Assembly (NCBI GenBank): GCA_048884965.1
Contig: JBHLQH010000034.1
Span: forward strand, 1 to 37,638
Reading direction: 5' to 3'
Source of the DNA: Candidatus Thorarchaeota archaeon
Lineage (GTDB): Archaea; Asgardarchaeota; Thorarchaeia; Thorarchaeales; Thorarchaeaceae
DNA length: 37,638 nucleotides
In this document: in pieces, positions 28,482 to 37,638 of the stretch
Numbering within the stretch: position 1 is the first letter of the stretch
How the letters are laid out: every line of letters begins with the position of its first letter
The notes under the pieces: generated by a model
Databases searched by the model: none
Told to the model about the DNA's origin: nothing
What the model saw: the letters and a program-made list of their open reading frames with translations, nothing else
Translations under genes and position numbers: made by a program

Positions 28482-30671
28482 GTGAGCATAGAAAACATCT
28501 CTGATATCCCAGGAGTCGGTGAAAAAGTACGAGGCGCTTTGATCAGCCATTTTGGGTCTGAGCCAGTTGCGCTAAAGGTGATCCTTGATTCTAGAGTGGA
28601 CCTTGTCGCTGCTGTTCCGGGGATTGGAGCAAGGCAAGCAGTCAATATCGTGAAAGCAGCATATGAATCACAGTTCGGTGTAAGCTCGAATATGATTCTC
28701 CGGAGTCCTGATGTCCGAAAGATATTCGAAGAGGTAGTTGACATCATCCGGACATACGCCAACACGGGATATGCCAAGGACAAGCTTTTCCTCTACTTTC
28801 CATTACCTCCGGACAGATTGGATGAGATAGAGAAGCGCCAAGGCTATTTTGCCCACGCCTCCGCTATGGCTAGTGGTTTGACAGCTGAACAACGAGAGGC
28901 TCTTCGAAGTAATCTATCCCAAATACGCGGTCTCTTCAGAAAGATCAAACCTCGAAGAATCGAAGGAAGAGTAGTGATCACCAACGATGACAAGGTCTTC
29001 GATGCGCTGATTGACGAGGGAGTCGAGAAATGGTGCCCTGTCTATGTCCTCTCAGAAGGAGAGAACGCAGCTGACTATGCCCAAGGATATGATCTTGTCT
29101 TCTTCATCTCTCCCTTTGGTCTCTATGATAGTTCAATCGACATGCTAGACAATGTCGAGCCATTGGGCAAAGATTGGACAATCGCAGATGTCCTTCCAGA
29201 GCTAACGGTAGGATTCTATTCACGGAACTATCGAGTGATCGATGCTGCATGCAAGCTCGCTGATGAATTCAAGAAGATTCCCACCAATGATGCTGTTGAT
29301 CAATTCATTCAGGATATTGACTTTGATGAGCTATTGAAGGTTGGTCAGATTCTGGGGAACCTGAATGAGGAAGGTGACATCGCCTCAGGTGTCGATCCAG
29401 AGCTCGATCGCTTCAGAAAGGCAGTAAAGGCATACCCAACCGCTATCGCGGAAACAGAGGCATGGCTCAACGAAGAAATCACCTCTCGCATCGCGAAGAG
29501 CCAGATAACTCTTGGTGGGCAGCAGATCATCAGCATCTTGCAATCCGCTGACATGGAAGGTGCAGAAACCGGTGCTATGCGCAATATGCTGCCTGCTGAA
29601 ATCATTGAAACTTTCACTAATACCGTCCAAGAATCAGAGGAAAAGCTGGTCAAGGAGCTAGGCCTCACACCCCGAGAAGCTGACTGGGCGACTGGTATCG
29701 TTAGCGAGGAAATCGCTTTACCAGTCAAACTGGTACTCACCCAAGTCAATGACTTGGAGGATAAGCTCAGACGGAAATTCGCAGACCGTCAATTCAAGCT
29801 GATCAAGAAGTATGCTGGCGATTTGGAGAAGCTACGAGACTCGGTCAGCAAGGCTGTTCAGACCCTTCTCGAATTCGATCTATTCCTTGCAGTTGGCCTT
29901 TTCTCAACAGATTATGAGCTAAAGCGACCCGCACTATCGAGAGAATATTCAGGAGTCGGTGTTAGAGGTGCACGGAACATATTCCTTGTGGAGAGCATGC
30001 TAAGGGGTCGTCATTCCAAAGTACAGCCAATCGATTACTCGATAGGGAACACTCCATTGCAACCCTCAGGAACCAATGGTGAGAACTGCGCGATTCTTTC
30101 AGGTGCGAATAGTGGTGGAAAGACGACGACCATTCAAACCCTCGCTCAAGTCGTAACTTTGGCACAGGCGGGTTTTCCAGTCCCCTCCACAGAAACCAAT
30201 CTCAGTCCCTTCGAAGAGATCTACTTCTTCTACAAGAGCAGGGGAATGGTGAGCGCTGGAGCGTTTGAAACTACCCTCAAGCAGTTCGCAGATATTGTTG
30301 TATCAGAGAAGGCAAAATTAGCACTATTCGATGAGGTCGAGGCAATCACTGAGCCTGGAAGTGCCGCCAATGTCATTGCTGGTCTGATTGAGATCCTTCA
30401 ACGAGACCCCAAGAGCTGTACAGTTCTCTGTAGCCATCTGGCAAAGGAAATCGAGGAAGCAACCGATGTTCAAGTCCGAATCGATGGTATCGAAGCGCGA
30501 GGACTTGATGAGAACCTTGAACTTATTGTGGACCGTACTCCCCGTTTTGGCGTTCTGGCAAGGAGCACACCCGAGCTCATTGTTGAACGACTATCAAAGC
30601 TTGCGAAAGGCAGGAAGAAAGAGGTCTATGATAAGATTCTTGAGAATCTAAGCAAAGAACGGGACAAATGA
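28482..30671 (+). CDS. Archaeal MutS5-like ATPase with N-terminal helix-hairpin-helix
   Basis: HhH motifs IPGVGEK and VPGIGAR; Walker A GANSGGKTT; AGAFE; Walker B LFDEVEAITEPG; no mismatch-recognition or Smr domain seen. Confidence 0.85.
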   Translation: MSIENISDIPGVGEKVRGALISHFGSEPVALKVILDSRVDLVAAVPGIGARQAVNIVKAAYESQFGVSSNMILRSPDVRKIFEEVVDIIRTYANTGYAKDKLFLYFPLPPDRLDEIEKRQGYFAHASAMASGLTAEQREALRSNLSQIRGLFRKIKPRRIEGRVVITNDDKVFDALIDEGVEKWCPVYVLSEGENAADYAQGYDLVFFISPFGLYDSSIDMLDNVEPLGKDWTIADVLPELTVGFYSRNYRVIDAACKLADEFKKIPTNDAVDQFIQDIDFDELLKVGQILGNLNEEGDIASGVDPELDRFRKAVKAYPTAIAETEAWLNEEITSRIAKSQITLGGQQIISILQSADMEGAETGAMRNMLPAEIIETFTNTVQESEEKLVKELGLTPREADWATGIVSEEIALPVKLVLTQVNDLEDKLRRKFADRQFKLIKKYAGDLEKLRDSVSKAVQTLLEFDLFLAVGLFSTDYELKRPALSREYSGVGVRGARNIFLVESMLRGRHSKVQPIDYSIGNTPLQPSGTNGENCAILSGANSGGKTTTIQTLAQVVTLAQAGFPVPSTETNLSPFEEIYFFYKSRGMVSAGAFETTLKQFADIVVSEKAKLALFDEVEAITEPGSAANVIAGLIEILQRDPKSCTVLCSHLAKEIEEATDVQVRIDGIEARGLDENLELIVDRTPRFGVLARSTPELIVERLSKLAKGRKKEVYDKILENLSKERDK

Positions 30672-30678
30672 ACATCAA

Positions 30679-31266
30679 ATGGATGTGCGCTCCTTGAGAG
30701 TACTTGTCTTCGGGGATACCCATATACCTAACAGACGTGATGCCATTCCAAAGGCGTTTCACGAGCATATCGCCGGTCAGAAATATGATATGGCTCTGGT
30801 GACTGGCGATCTTGTTAGGGAGCATGAGATGCGCAAGGCACTCCCCCCTCTTCCTCGAACATTCATCGTTCGAGGGAATATGGACTACTCCTTAAGTGAA
30901 CATAATCATCATGAGCAGATCCAGCTTGGAGAATTCAACATATTGCTTCTTCATGGTACCCAGCTTCGACCACGTGGCAATATCCACCAGCTCTGGGAGA
31001 TAGCAACGAACATCGGTGCAGATATTGGAGTCCATGGACACACCCATAATGCAACAGTTGACCTGTACAATGACAAGCTCTTCCTGAATCCCGGCACCAT
31101 TACCGGCGCAACAGGTGGATGGAGCGGTCGGCAAGAAGCTAGCTTCCTGGAGATCGAGATTGATACACTCAAACTAATGGTAAGGCTTCATCGGAGCAAC
31201 TGGGATGTATTCAAGACCTCAGAAATCGAGTTTGTCAAAGAAGATGACATCATCCGTGCTGCATAG
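30679..31266 (+). CDS. Vps29-like / YfcE-MJ0936 family metallophosphoesterase
   Basis: GDTHIP, TGDL, VRGNMD, HGTQ, HGHTH, NPGTITGA. Confidence 0.9.
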   Translation: MDVRSLRVLVFGDTHIPNRRDAIPKAFHEHIAGQKYDMALVTGDLVREHEMRKALPPLPRTFIVRGNMDYSLSEHNHHEQIQLGEFNILLLHGTQLRPRGNIHQLWEIATNIGADIGVHGHTHNATVDLYNDKLFLNPGTITGATGGWSGRQEASFLEIEIDTLKLMVRLHRSNWDVFKTSEIEFVKEDDIIRAA

Positions 31267-31274
31267 TTGTCGTC

Positions 31275-31796
31275 TTAGCACTCATCCATAGATTGCCAAG
31301 GGTCAGGGCTCAATAGACGAAGGTAGACTGCCATGACGATGGTGCCAGCCAATTCCAGTGTTCCTGAGACTACACTCGCCTCGTTCCCTGATAGTCCAAC
31401 GGATCTATAGGCTTTGGCGATCTCTTCCTCCGGATATATGTCACGTGTAAATCTAAGCGCGCCCAAGAATCTCTCGGTCGTTCTAACTACTTCTTGCTGT
31501 TTTCCTTCCTTAATCTTGTCCAAGGAACTTAGACAGCTCTTCCTCAAGCATTCCGATATGACACCTTGGATAGTATCGGCAAGTTGTCGATTTGATGCAC
31601 ATGCAATCCCTATTCCCATAAGGAGAATCCGGATTCTATCTAGAAGCACCCCGATATGGGTATTCACTACTTTCTTCGTTCGCATTGATGCTCTCCAATC
31701 ATCATACCTATCATTCACTCGTTCAAGCTCGACGATATGATGTGATAGTGTACTGATTTTACTCGCAGGGATCAGAGGACACCAGACCTGTAACAT
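31275..31796 (-). CDS. Hypothetical helical protein
   Basis: Fills the intergenic space; GGAG RBS before ATG 31796 (alternative start 31823); no recognised domain. Confidence 0.6.
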   Translation of the reverse strand: MLQVWCPLIPASKISTLSHHIVELERVNDRYDDWRASMRTKKVVNTHIGVLLDRIRILLMGIGIACASNRQLADTIQGVISECLRKSCLSSLDKIKEGKQQEVVRTTERFLGALRFTRDIYPEEEIAKAYRSVGLSGNEASVVSGTLELAGTIVMAVYLRLLSPDPWQSMDEC

Positions 31797-31973
31797 ATCA
31801 TCTCCGGTATCCTTGGAATGCATTCTCTAATCTAGCTCCTTTTGTATCGTTTCTTGGCGTATTCCAGAAAGGTTTCCTTTTGAAAATAGCTTGCCTGTAA
31901 TTCAAGCACCATTTCCCATGCTTCGTTAGGACAATTTAGATAGTTCTATTCATCATTTAGATTCGTGCTTTCA

Positions 31974-32240
31974 ATGACTACAATAATCACAATCGAAGTT
32001 TTGGACATTCTAGGTACAGGTAAGTGCTCTATAGGTCAGAAGATCGGCACTATCTACAAGTATCCCGAGGATAGAGGGAAGCTCTGCCCTAGTTCCTATC
32101 ATATTCTATATCCGTGGATTCTAGTCTTGCAATCAGGTGGGAAGTTCTCATTCATGGAGGATGACAGCATCACTCTAGGTTGCTCTGACTATCATCATCA
32201 AGTCGTCTACAAAATAACTCGGAAGGAGATTGAGGAATAA
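31974..32240 (+). CDS. TIGR04076-family small Cys protein
   Basis: GKCSIGQKIG, LCPSSYHILYP, GCSD...VVYKITR. Confidence 0.78.
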   Translation: MTTIITIEVLDILGTGKCSIGQKIGTIYKYPEDRGKLCPSSYHILYPWILVLQSGGKFSFMEDDSITLGCSDYHHQVVYKITRKEIEE

Positions 32241-32278
32241 CCTCCAGCTACGAATAGTACACTCTCTCCAGAAATCAG

Positions 32279-32482
32279 CTAGCAAGAGAGCTCCTGAGAG
32301 ATTTCCTTTTTCCGTCTGAGGACTCCAGGTCCTGAAGCTATCAAGCAAATAGCTACGATACCGAGCACTCTTGCAAATCCTGTGACATCTTCTCCTAGGA
32401 GGCGTCCATTGAACATCAGAACTGCCGAAACAAGTGCTAATGTAATCCCAAGAAGGAAATATGCCTTCTCAATTTTTCTCAT
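32279..32482 (-). CDS. Small two-TM membrane protein
   Basis: GGTGA RBS before ATG 32482; two hydrophobic helices and a basic tail. Confidence 0.6.
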   Translation of the reverse strand: MRKIEKAYFLLGITLALVSAVLMFNGRLLGEDVTGFARVLGIVAICLIASGPGVLRRKKEISQELSC

Positions 32483-32618
32483 GAATATTATCACCAACTG
32501 AGATAATGACTACTTTCTATATAACGAACTGTGGGAAAAAGGTCCATAGTTGACATCATCCTGAAATAGAGGTAAATTGAAATTCGAGCTTCACAGACAA
32601 TCAACCCGAGTGATTGCT

Positions 32619-32990
32619 ATGGACCTAGAGGAAAAGTACTCAATCAACCGAGAGATCCTATTCGATTCATTGACCCTCATCGATATTCCAAAGGTCATTG
32701 AGTCTTGTACAAAAGATTGGCAAAATCACTCCCTGTGCGTGGTAAATGATTGTGTAGTCCGTATTGGAGTGATACATGGAGAGTTCCATTGGCATAAGCA
32801 TGACAAAGAGGATGAGTTCTTCTATGTGATAGATGGGCAGTTGCTTATAGACTTCGAGGACGTGTCCGTCGAAGTGAACCCAGGTCAAGGTTTTATGGTG
32901 CCAAAGGGTATCCAACATAGAACAAGGGCGCCAAGGAGGACCTCGATCCTCATGGTTGAAGGTAGTGGGGTAAGAGCGACTGGGGACTGA
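32619..32990 (+). CDS. Cupin domain protein
   Basis: GEFHWHKHDKEDEFFYVIDG, FMVPKGIQHRT. Confidence 0.92.
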   Translation: MDLEEKYSINREILFDSLTLIDIPKVIESCTKDWQNHSLCVVNDCVVRIGVIHGEFHWHKHDKEDEFFYVIDGQLLIDFEDVSVEVNPGQGFMVPKGIQHRTRAPRRTSILMVEGSGVRATGD

Positions 32991-33000
32991 AAAGAAGGGT

Positions 33001-33022
33001 AGGAGGCGTCGATGCGCCTCCT
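33001..33022. terminator. GC-rich hairpin between convergent genes
   Basis: AGGAGGCG-TCGATG-CGCCTCCT, 8-bp perfect stem between the stops at 32990 and 33038. Confidence 0.6.
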
Positions 33023-33037
33023 TGAAGGTATACTATA

Positions 33038-33988
33038 CTATTTCTTGAGCTTCAATGCGATAGCGATGATTGCCACCAGTGCAACTCCACCAATGATCAA
33101 CAGTGTTGTCGAATCCAAGGGCAGAGTATCTGCAGATGAGATGCCGAGAATGGGGTCATAGACCATGGTGTCGTTCCCAAAGTACTCGAAGGCAAGATAA
33201 ACGGACTCTCCGTTCTCACTGCCGACGCCTTCGCCGTAGCTTGCCTTGACCTGTAGTGCGTTCTGAGCCTCTAGGGAAAGAGCCTCCTCCTCATAGTGCA
33301 TGTATGCATTGTTGAAGTTGAACTTGGTACCGGTCTTGTGGAATCCGCCAGGGGAGGTTTCAGGCATTCCGTTGCCGTGGTTGCTCTCAGTGATTGTAAA
33401 CTGCAATACGAGAATCGAATCATCATATGTCCAGTTCCAACCATCGATGACAACATCGAATTTCACCTCATCTGGGTTGTCCATGTGCAGGTGTACGCGA
33501 ATCTGAACCATGAGATCAAACTCCTCAACATCAGGTAGGTGACCATAGCTTCCCATTGGACCACCAGGTCTTGGATCAAAGGCTGCGGTCGTCGTGAAGT
33601 TGAAATGAACTGCTGTCACATTCTCACCTTCCATGTCTGTTTCGAAGCCACTGAAATCCCATCCTGCTGTTGGAAGCATGAAGCGAGGACCGACTACAGT
33701 ATCAAGTCCTCGAGTGAAGACGCCATCGGAATCGGTGTCATTGACCTCGAAGAGGCTCACAAATCGCATATGATAGTCAATTGATTCATTGTTTGGGTCA
33801 TACCAGAGGAAGTTAGGTGACTGATTGGCTCCAGTGACCTTGACCTCCAAACTATCCGTGCTTAGGGTAACAATCCCTGCGGAGTAGTTGTATTGCAAGG
33901 CAGTGCTCTGCGCGGCTACTGCTGGAACTCCTATGCCCAGCATAACTACCGCCAACATTGAAAGTAGGATCTTTGTATGATTATTCAC
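33038..33988 (-). CDS. Secreted acidic beta-rich protein with C-terminal membrane anchor
   Basis: Signal peptide ending AVAA; several N-x-S/T sequons; C-terminal TM followed by KLKK. Confidence 0.85.
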   Translation of the reverse strand: MNNHTKILLSMLAVVMLGIGVPAVAAQSTALQYNYSAGIVTLSTDSLEVKVTGANQSPNFLWYDPNNESIDYHMRFVSLFEVNDTDSDGVFTRGLDTVVGPRFMLPTAGWDFSGFETDMEGENVTAVHFNFTTTAAFDPRPGGPMGSYGHLPDVEEFDLMVQIRVHLHMDNPDEVKFDVVIDGWNWTYDDSILVLQFTITESNHGNGMPETSPGGFHKTGTKFNFNNAYMHYEEEALSLEAQNALQVKASYGEGVGSENGESVYLAFEYFGNDTMVYDPILGISSADTLPLDSTTLLIIGGVALVAIIAIALKLKK

Positions 33989-34317
33989 ATTATCACCAAG
34001 AAATCCCTGTGAATTTAGTTAATATAATGACTCTTAGAAAAGGTCACCATTATCCTACAAGAAACGGCGCTCATAGCCCTCTAATTCTTGGTAGAGGATT
34101 TATGAATCGTTTCAATGATTATTCATCCTCGTTCGAGATGATGACTTCTTTGTTCCACTCTCCAGTTTCCACATTCGGAACCACGTGGTTCCCATGACTT
34201 GTTATAGCAAGCTCGTTTCTTGAACTCACAGCCCCTATGAAAAAATAGACGCATCTGCTGTGAACTATACTCATAATATAGATTGCAAGTCCTTTTGCTT
34301 CTAGAGAGGCGATACAA

Positions 34318-35985
34318 ATGCATCATGGTGAACAAGAAGACATCAAGAGTCATTCAAAACTCAGTTTGATCTGGAAAGTTGGGTTCGTTGCCGCAATTAG
34401 TGCGATTTGGTTCACATATAGAACTGGGACCAATCCCTCACGTTTATCCTATCCTTGTCAACAAGCCGCCTTATCCAATATTGAGACCTTCAAAATAGCG
34501 CTACTCGCAGCTACGCCCTCAATTGCTAGCTTGAAATCACATTGGGATTCTATCAAGCCCATCGCCGTGCTTGTGGCAATTGTCACAGGTTCTCTGCTAG
34601 TGACAAGCAATTCTGTGGCACCTAGCGACACTTTTGTTCTAGCTGAGGATGATTATTCTCGCGTTCCGATAGACCTGATGTCCAATACCGCATTATTCCC
34701 TGAGAGTGCTTCTGATCTCTTCTTTGTGGAGAATGCTTCTGGAGTTGAAGGCAATACTGATGGTGCTATCCACGCATTACTAGAACTGATGCATTCCAAT
34801 GGTCTTGATTTCTATCAGAATTCTTCAACACCATCAGGACTGATTGGAAGTAATGATGTGATTCTGCTCAAGATCAATGGACAATGGAACTACAGAGGTG
34901 GGACAAACACTGACCTAGTCAAGAGCGTGATAGATGCAATAGTCAATCACCCTGACGGATTCACTGGGGAAGTCGTTATTGTAGACAATGGACAAGGCTT
35001 GGGTGATATGGATTTCACAAGTTGCAATGCATTCTATCACAACCAATCCATGGAAATGGTCGCAGGCTCTTTTACATCTTACAATGTGTCAACTTTCCTT
35101 TGGGATGACCTACGAGGAACCACTGTGGACGATTATGACGAGGGTGACTTCACAGATGGTTATGTTCTAAGCGACACTTGGAACTCAGACACTAACATCT
35201 ACGTATCATATCCCAAATTCAGGACTGCTCATGGGACCTATCTTAGCTTCAAGAACGGCATCTGGAATGACGATACAGGCTTTGATTCTGATAGATTGAA
35301 AGTCATCAACATGCCCGTAATGAAATCTCACTTTCGCTATGGTGTGACGGGGTCCGTGAAGAACTATATGGGATTGCCTAAGGGTCATATCGTGCCAGAT
35401 GTCAGCTACAGCATCCCTCACGAGCACTTCTCTATTGCATTGGGTGGAATGGGTACGTTGATGCTTGAAACTCGTGCGCCTATCCTAAACATCTTGGATA
35501 TGATATGGATAAATGCACATCCAATGGAAAGCTCCACACGCAGGGGTCCTTGGTCCACCTATTCAAATGCCAGGTTCACAGATATTATTGGTGCGAGTCA
35601 AGATCCCGTAGCCTTAGATTACTGGGCATCTAAGAATGTTCTCTGTCCAACGGCAGAATATCTCAATTATACTGAATACTCATCACTTGACCCTGATTAT
35701 GCACCACTCAGTGACCAATACTATGGATACGAACCTATGGATGAGTCATTCCACAACTACCTAAACCGAACAATGACCGTGCTTAACCATGGGGGAATGC
35801 AGGCCACAATGAATCTGGATGAGATGAATGTACATATCACAGCTCTCGATGAGCATCCTCTCGGACAACCATCGCCGAGTATTCCCACTGACGTGGGTGA
35901 TATTTGGCTTCAAGCAACGGTGATAGTGGTATCAATAACGATTGGCGTGATTGTACTGCTTGCCCTATTTCGGTATCGGAGATGA
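34318..35985 (+). CDS. DUF362-domain protein, membrane-anchored
   Basis: DVILLKIN, GGTNTD, INMPVMKSH..GVTGSVKNYMG, ASQDPVALD; N-terminal hydrophobic segments and a C-terminal TM followed by RYRR. Confidence 0.82.
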   Translation: MHHGEQEDIKSHSKLSLIWKVGFVAAISAIWFTYRTGTNPSRLSYPCQQAALSNIETFKIALLAATPSIASLKSHWDSIKPIAVLVAIVTGSLLVTSNSVAPSDTFVLAEDDYSRVPIDLMSNTALFPESASDLFFVENASGVEGNTDGAIHALLELMHSNGLDFYQNSSTPSGLIGSNDVILLKINGQWNYRGGTNTDLVKSVIDAIVNHPDGFTGEVVIVDNGQGLGDMDFTSCNAFYHNQSMEMVAGSFTSYNVSTFLWDDLRGTTVDDYDEGDFTDGYVLSDTWNSDTNIYVSYPKFRTAHGTYLSFKNGIWNDDTGFDSDRLKVINMPVMKSHFRYGVTGSVKNYMGLPKGHIVPDVSYSIPHEHFSIALGGMGTLMLETRAPILNILDMIWINAHPMESSTRRGPWSTYSNARFTDIIGASQDPVALDYWASKNVLCPTAEYLNYTEYSSLDPDYAPLSDQYYGYEPMDESFHNYLNRTMTVLNHGGMQATMNLDEMNVHITALDEHPLGQPSPSIPTDVGDIWLQATVIVVSITIGVIVLLALFRYRR

Positions 35986-36072
35986 TGACTGAAAGGAGCG
36001 ACCAGAAAACCCAAGGAGCATTCTATCCAAAATCTTGATTTGATATCGAATCAAGTATGTGTGGGTGTTCTA

Positions 36073-37617
36073 GTGGAAGGGAGGAAAGTCAGTACCCTCT
36101 GCATTCTCATAATACTCATGGGAATTGCTGGCAGACCAGTAGCTGCACAATCAAACGAGCCTTCAAATCAGGAGTACATTCTTGATTCAGCCCTTGGCGA
36201 TGCTGTCTATTCTATGGTCATTGATGAGCAGAACACACTCCTGCTTGTTGGGGATCGTAATCCTGCCGATGCAGACAATTCCTTTGAGCTGGACGGAATG
36301 CTCCTTAGGGTGACCAGTGAAGGTGAAGTTTCAGAGATATATGTCATGGATACCCATGAAGTGAATTCCTTCACTGATGTCGCATTGGATTCTGATGGTT
36401 GCATTCTACTGGCAGGAAAAGGAGGCATGCGCGAAGGAAATCAATCCGCATACTTGATCAAGATAGCTCAAGATGGAGAGGTCATGTGGTCACTTGAGTT
36501 TCCAAACATCGATCCCATGAGCTATATTGGAATCGAGATGAATCGTACAACTGATGAGGTCTTCTTTGTATGCACCACTCTAAATCCTGAGGGTATCTTT
36601 CTTTGCATGGTCAACACCACAGGAACCATCCAGTGGTCCGATATATGGTATGAAGAAGGGTATTTGGGCAGATCCTATACCACATGTAGTCTTCACCCCT
36701 ATTCGAAAGGGTTCCTATTAGGAGTGAGCACTGGTCCTCCTGTTTACTATTTCTCATCTCTTGCTGAGCGAACGGTAGCATTCTCCTCCAATGGGACTGA
36801 ACTTTGGTCCCTCCAGACGGGCTATGAAGCACTCTACGAGCTAGACGATGGGGCATTTCTTTGCTCTGGAACTTCTTCTGTTGCAGAATATAGCTCCAAT
36901 CGCGAGCTTCTCTGGGCAACTGATGTAACACTACATTGCGATTATCATCCTACTATCAATGGCTTTACTGTCAATGGAACTGAGAATATCATTGCCTTTG
37001 GCTGCGTCACAGGCGCAGGACAGAGTCCAGTGAAATCTAGCTTCTCTTTGGCATTCACTCCTGCTATCATCCCTCAAACTTTGATCGTGAGTTTGAACAA
37101 GGATGGAGAAGTAGAGTGGTATGACTTCTATGTTCATGGCGACCATTCATCACCTTGTGGTGCAGCTTTCGACCAAGATGGAGAGTTAGTCATTGCAGGA
37201 TACAGTAGAATCTACCCAATGGAACCAGACACACCGAATATTTGGGTTGTCTGGGACTTCCATCCCACACCTTTTCCGGATATCATCATATGCGATTGGA
37301 TACCTATTTTCCTTGGCTTGGCATTGATACCTGTGTCACTGGTGCTATCATGGGGATTGCATCGAGCACACAGTGGCATCCATGACAGGGCATTGAAAGG
37401 TATGATTGACAAATTCAGGAGATTTGGAGCCGTATCTGGAGTCATCTTCTTTGTGTTCACAGGTATGACACCATTGACTTTCCCCATTCCTTGGTATGGT
37501 GTTTTTGGGCTCCTTGTTTCTCTCGCGTTCTTCATCACTTCTTACATAATGGAGTATATAGTGAAGCATCGAGAGCAGGAATCTGTGATCCCCCAGTCTA
37601 ATGCCTATCGAATGTAA
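36073..37617 (+). CDS. Secreted beta-propeller-like protein with three C-terminal TM helices
   Basis: Signal peptide ending PVAA; repeated blade motifs (DVALDSDGCILLAG, AAFDQDGELVIAG; DGEVMWS, TGTIQWS, NGTELWS, DGEVEWY); start uncertain (36040 or 36073). Confidence 0.78.
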   Translation: MEGRKVSTLCILIILMGIAGRPVAAQSNEPSNQEYILDSALGDAVYSMVIDEQNTLLLVGDRNPADADNSFELDGMLLRVTSEGEVSEIYVMDTHEVNSFTDVALDSDGCILLAGKGGMREGNQSAYLIKIAQDGEVMWSLEFPNIDPMSYIGIEMNRTTDEVFFVCTTLNPEGIFLCMVNTTGTIQWSDIWYEEGYLGRSYTTCSLHPYSKGFLLGVSTGPPVYYFSSLAERTVAFSSNGTELWSLQTGYEALYELDDGAFLCSGTSSVAEYSSNRELLWATDVTLHCDYHPTINGFTVNGTENIIAFGCVTGAGQSPVKSSFSLAFTPAIIPQTLIVSLNKDGEVEWYDFYVHGDHSSPCGAAFDQDGELVIAGYSRIYPMEPDTPNIWVVWDFHPTPFPDIIICDWIPIFLGLALIPVSLVLSWGLHRAHSGIHDRALKGMIDKFRRFGAVSGVIFFVFTGMTPLTFPIPWYGVFGLLVSLAFFITSYIMEYIVKHREQESVIPQSNAYRM

Positions 37618-37638
37618 CGATAATGCTCATTTCAGAGG

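Noticed and set aside
1-37638. CRISPR arrays, IS elements, integrases, and the many antisense or nested ORFs in the track
   Set aside because: No regularly spaced repeats or recombinase/transposase motifs were seen; the nested ORFs are shadows of well-supported genes.

Overview
Archaeal genomic window. The gene set (archaeal/eukaryote-type ProRS, Taw1, Trm5, RbkR, NOG1, proteasome beta, MutS5-like, Vps29-like) and the GAGG/GGTGA ribosome-binding sites suggest an Asgard archaeon, probably Thorarchaeia; this is inference, not a database match. There are three blocks. (1) Positions 1 to ~13.4 kb are an accessory region starting at the 3' end of a tRNA. A 22/25 degenerate direct copy of that tRNA 3' end lies at 858-882 and brackets a single methyltransferase gene like an integrase-less attL/attR cassette. 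The block also has GNATs, a GNAT remnant, a tandem Lrp regulator, small membrane proteins, and a hairpin-terminated two-gene operon encoding an exported linalool dehydratase/isomerase-family enzyme plus an ECF-type S component. (2) ~13.4-31.3 kb is a housekeeping block: YjbQ, GT4, COG1665, Trm5, DUF371, Pcm, RbkR, translin, Taw1, a B12 radical SAM, a proteasome beta subunit lacking Thr1, NOG1, RtcA, NadM, ProRS, a 2-hydroxyacid dehydrogenase, MutS5-like and Vps29-like. (3) ~31.3-37.6 kb holds small hypotheticals and three membrane-anchored surface proteins. No CRISPR array, integrase or transposase is visible. All family calls come from motif recognition by eye.
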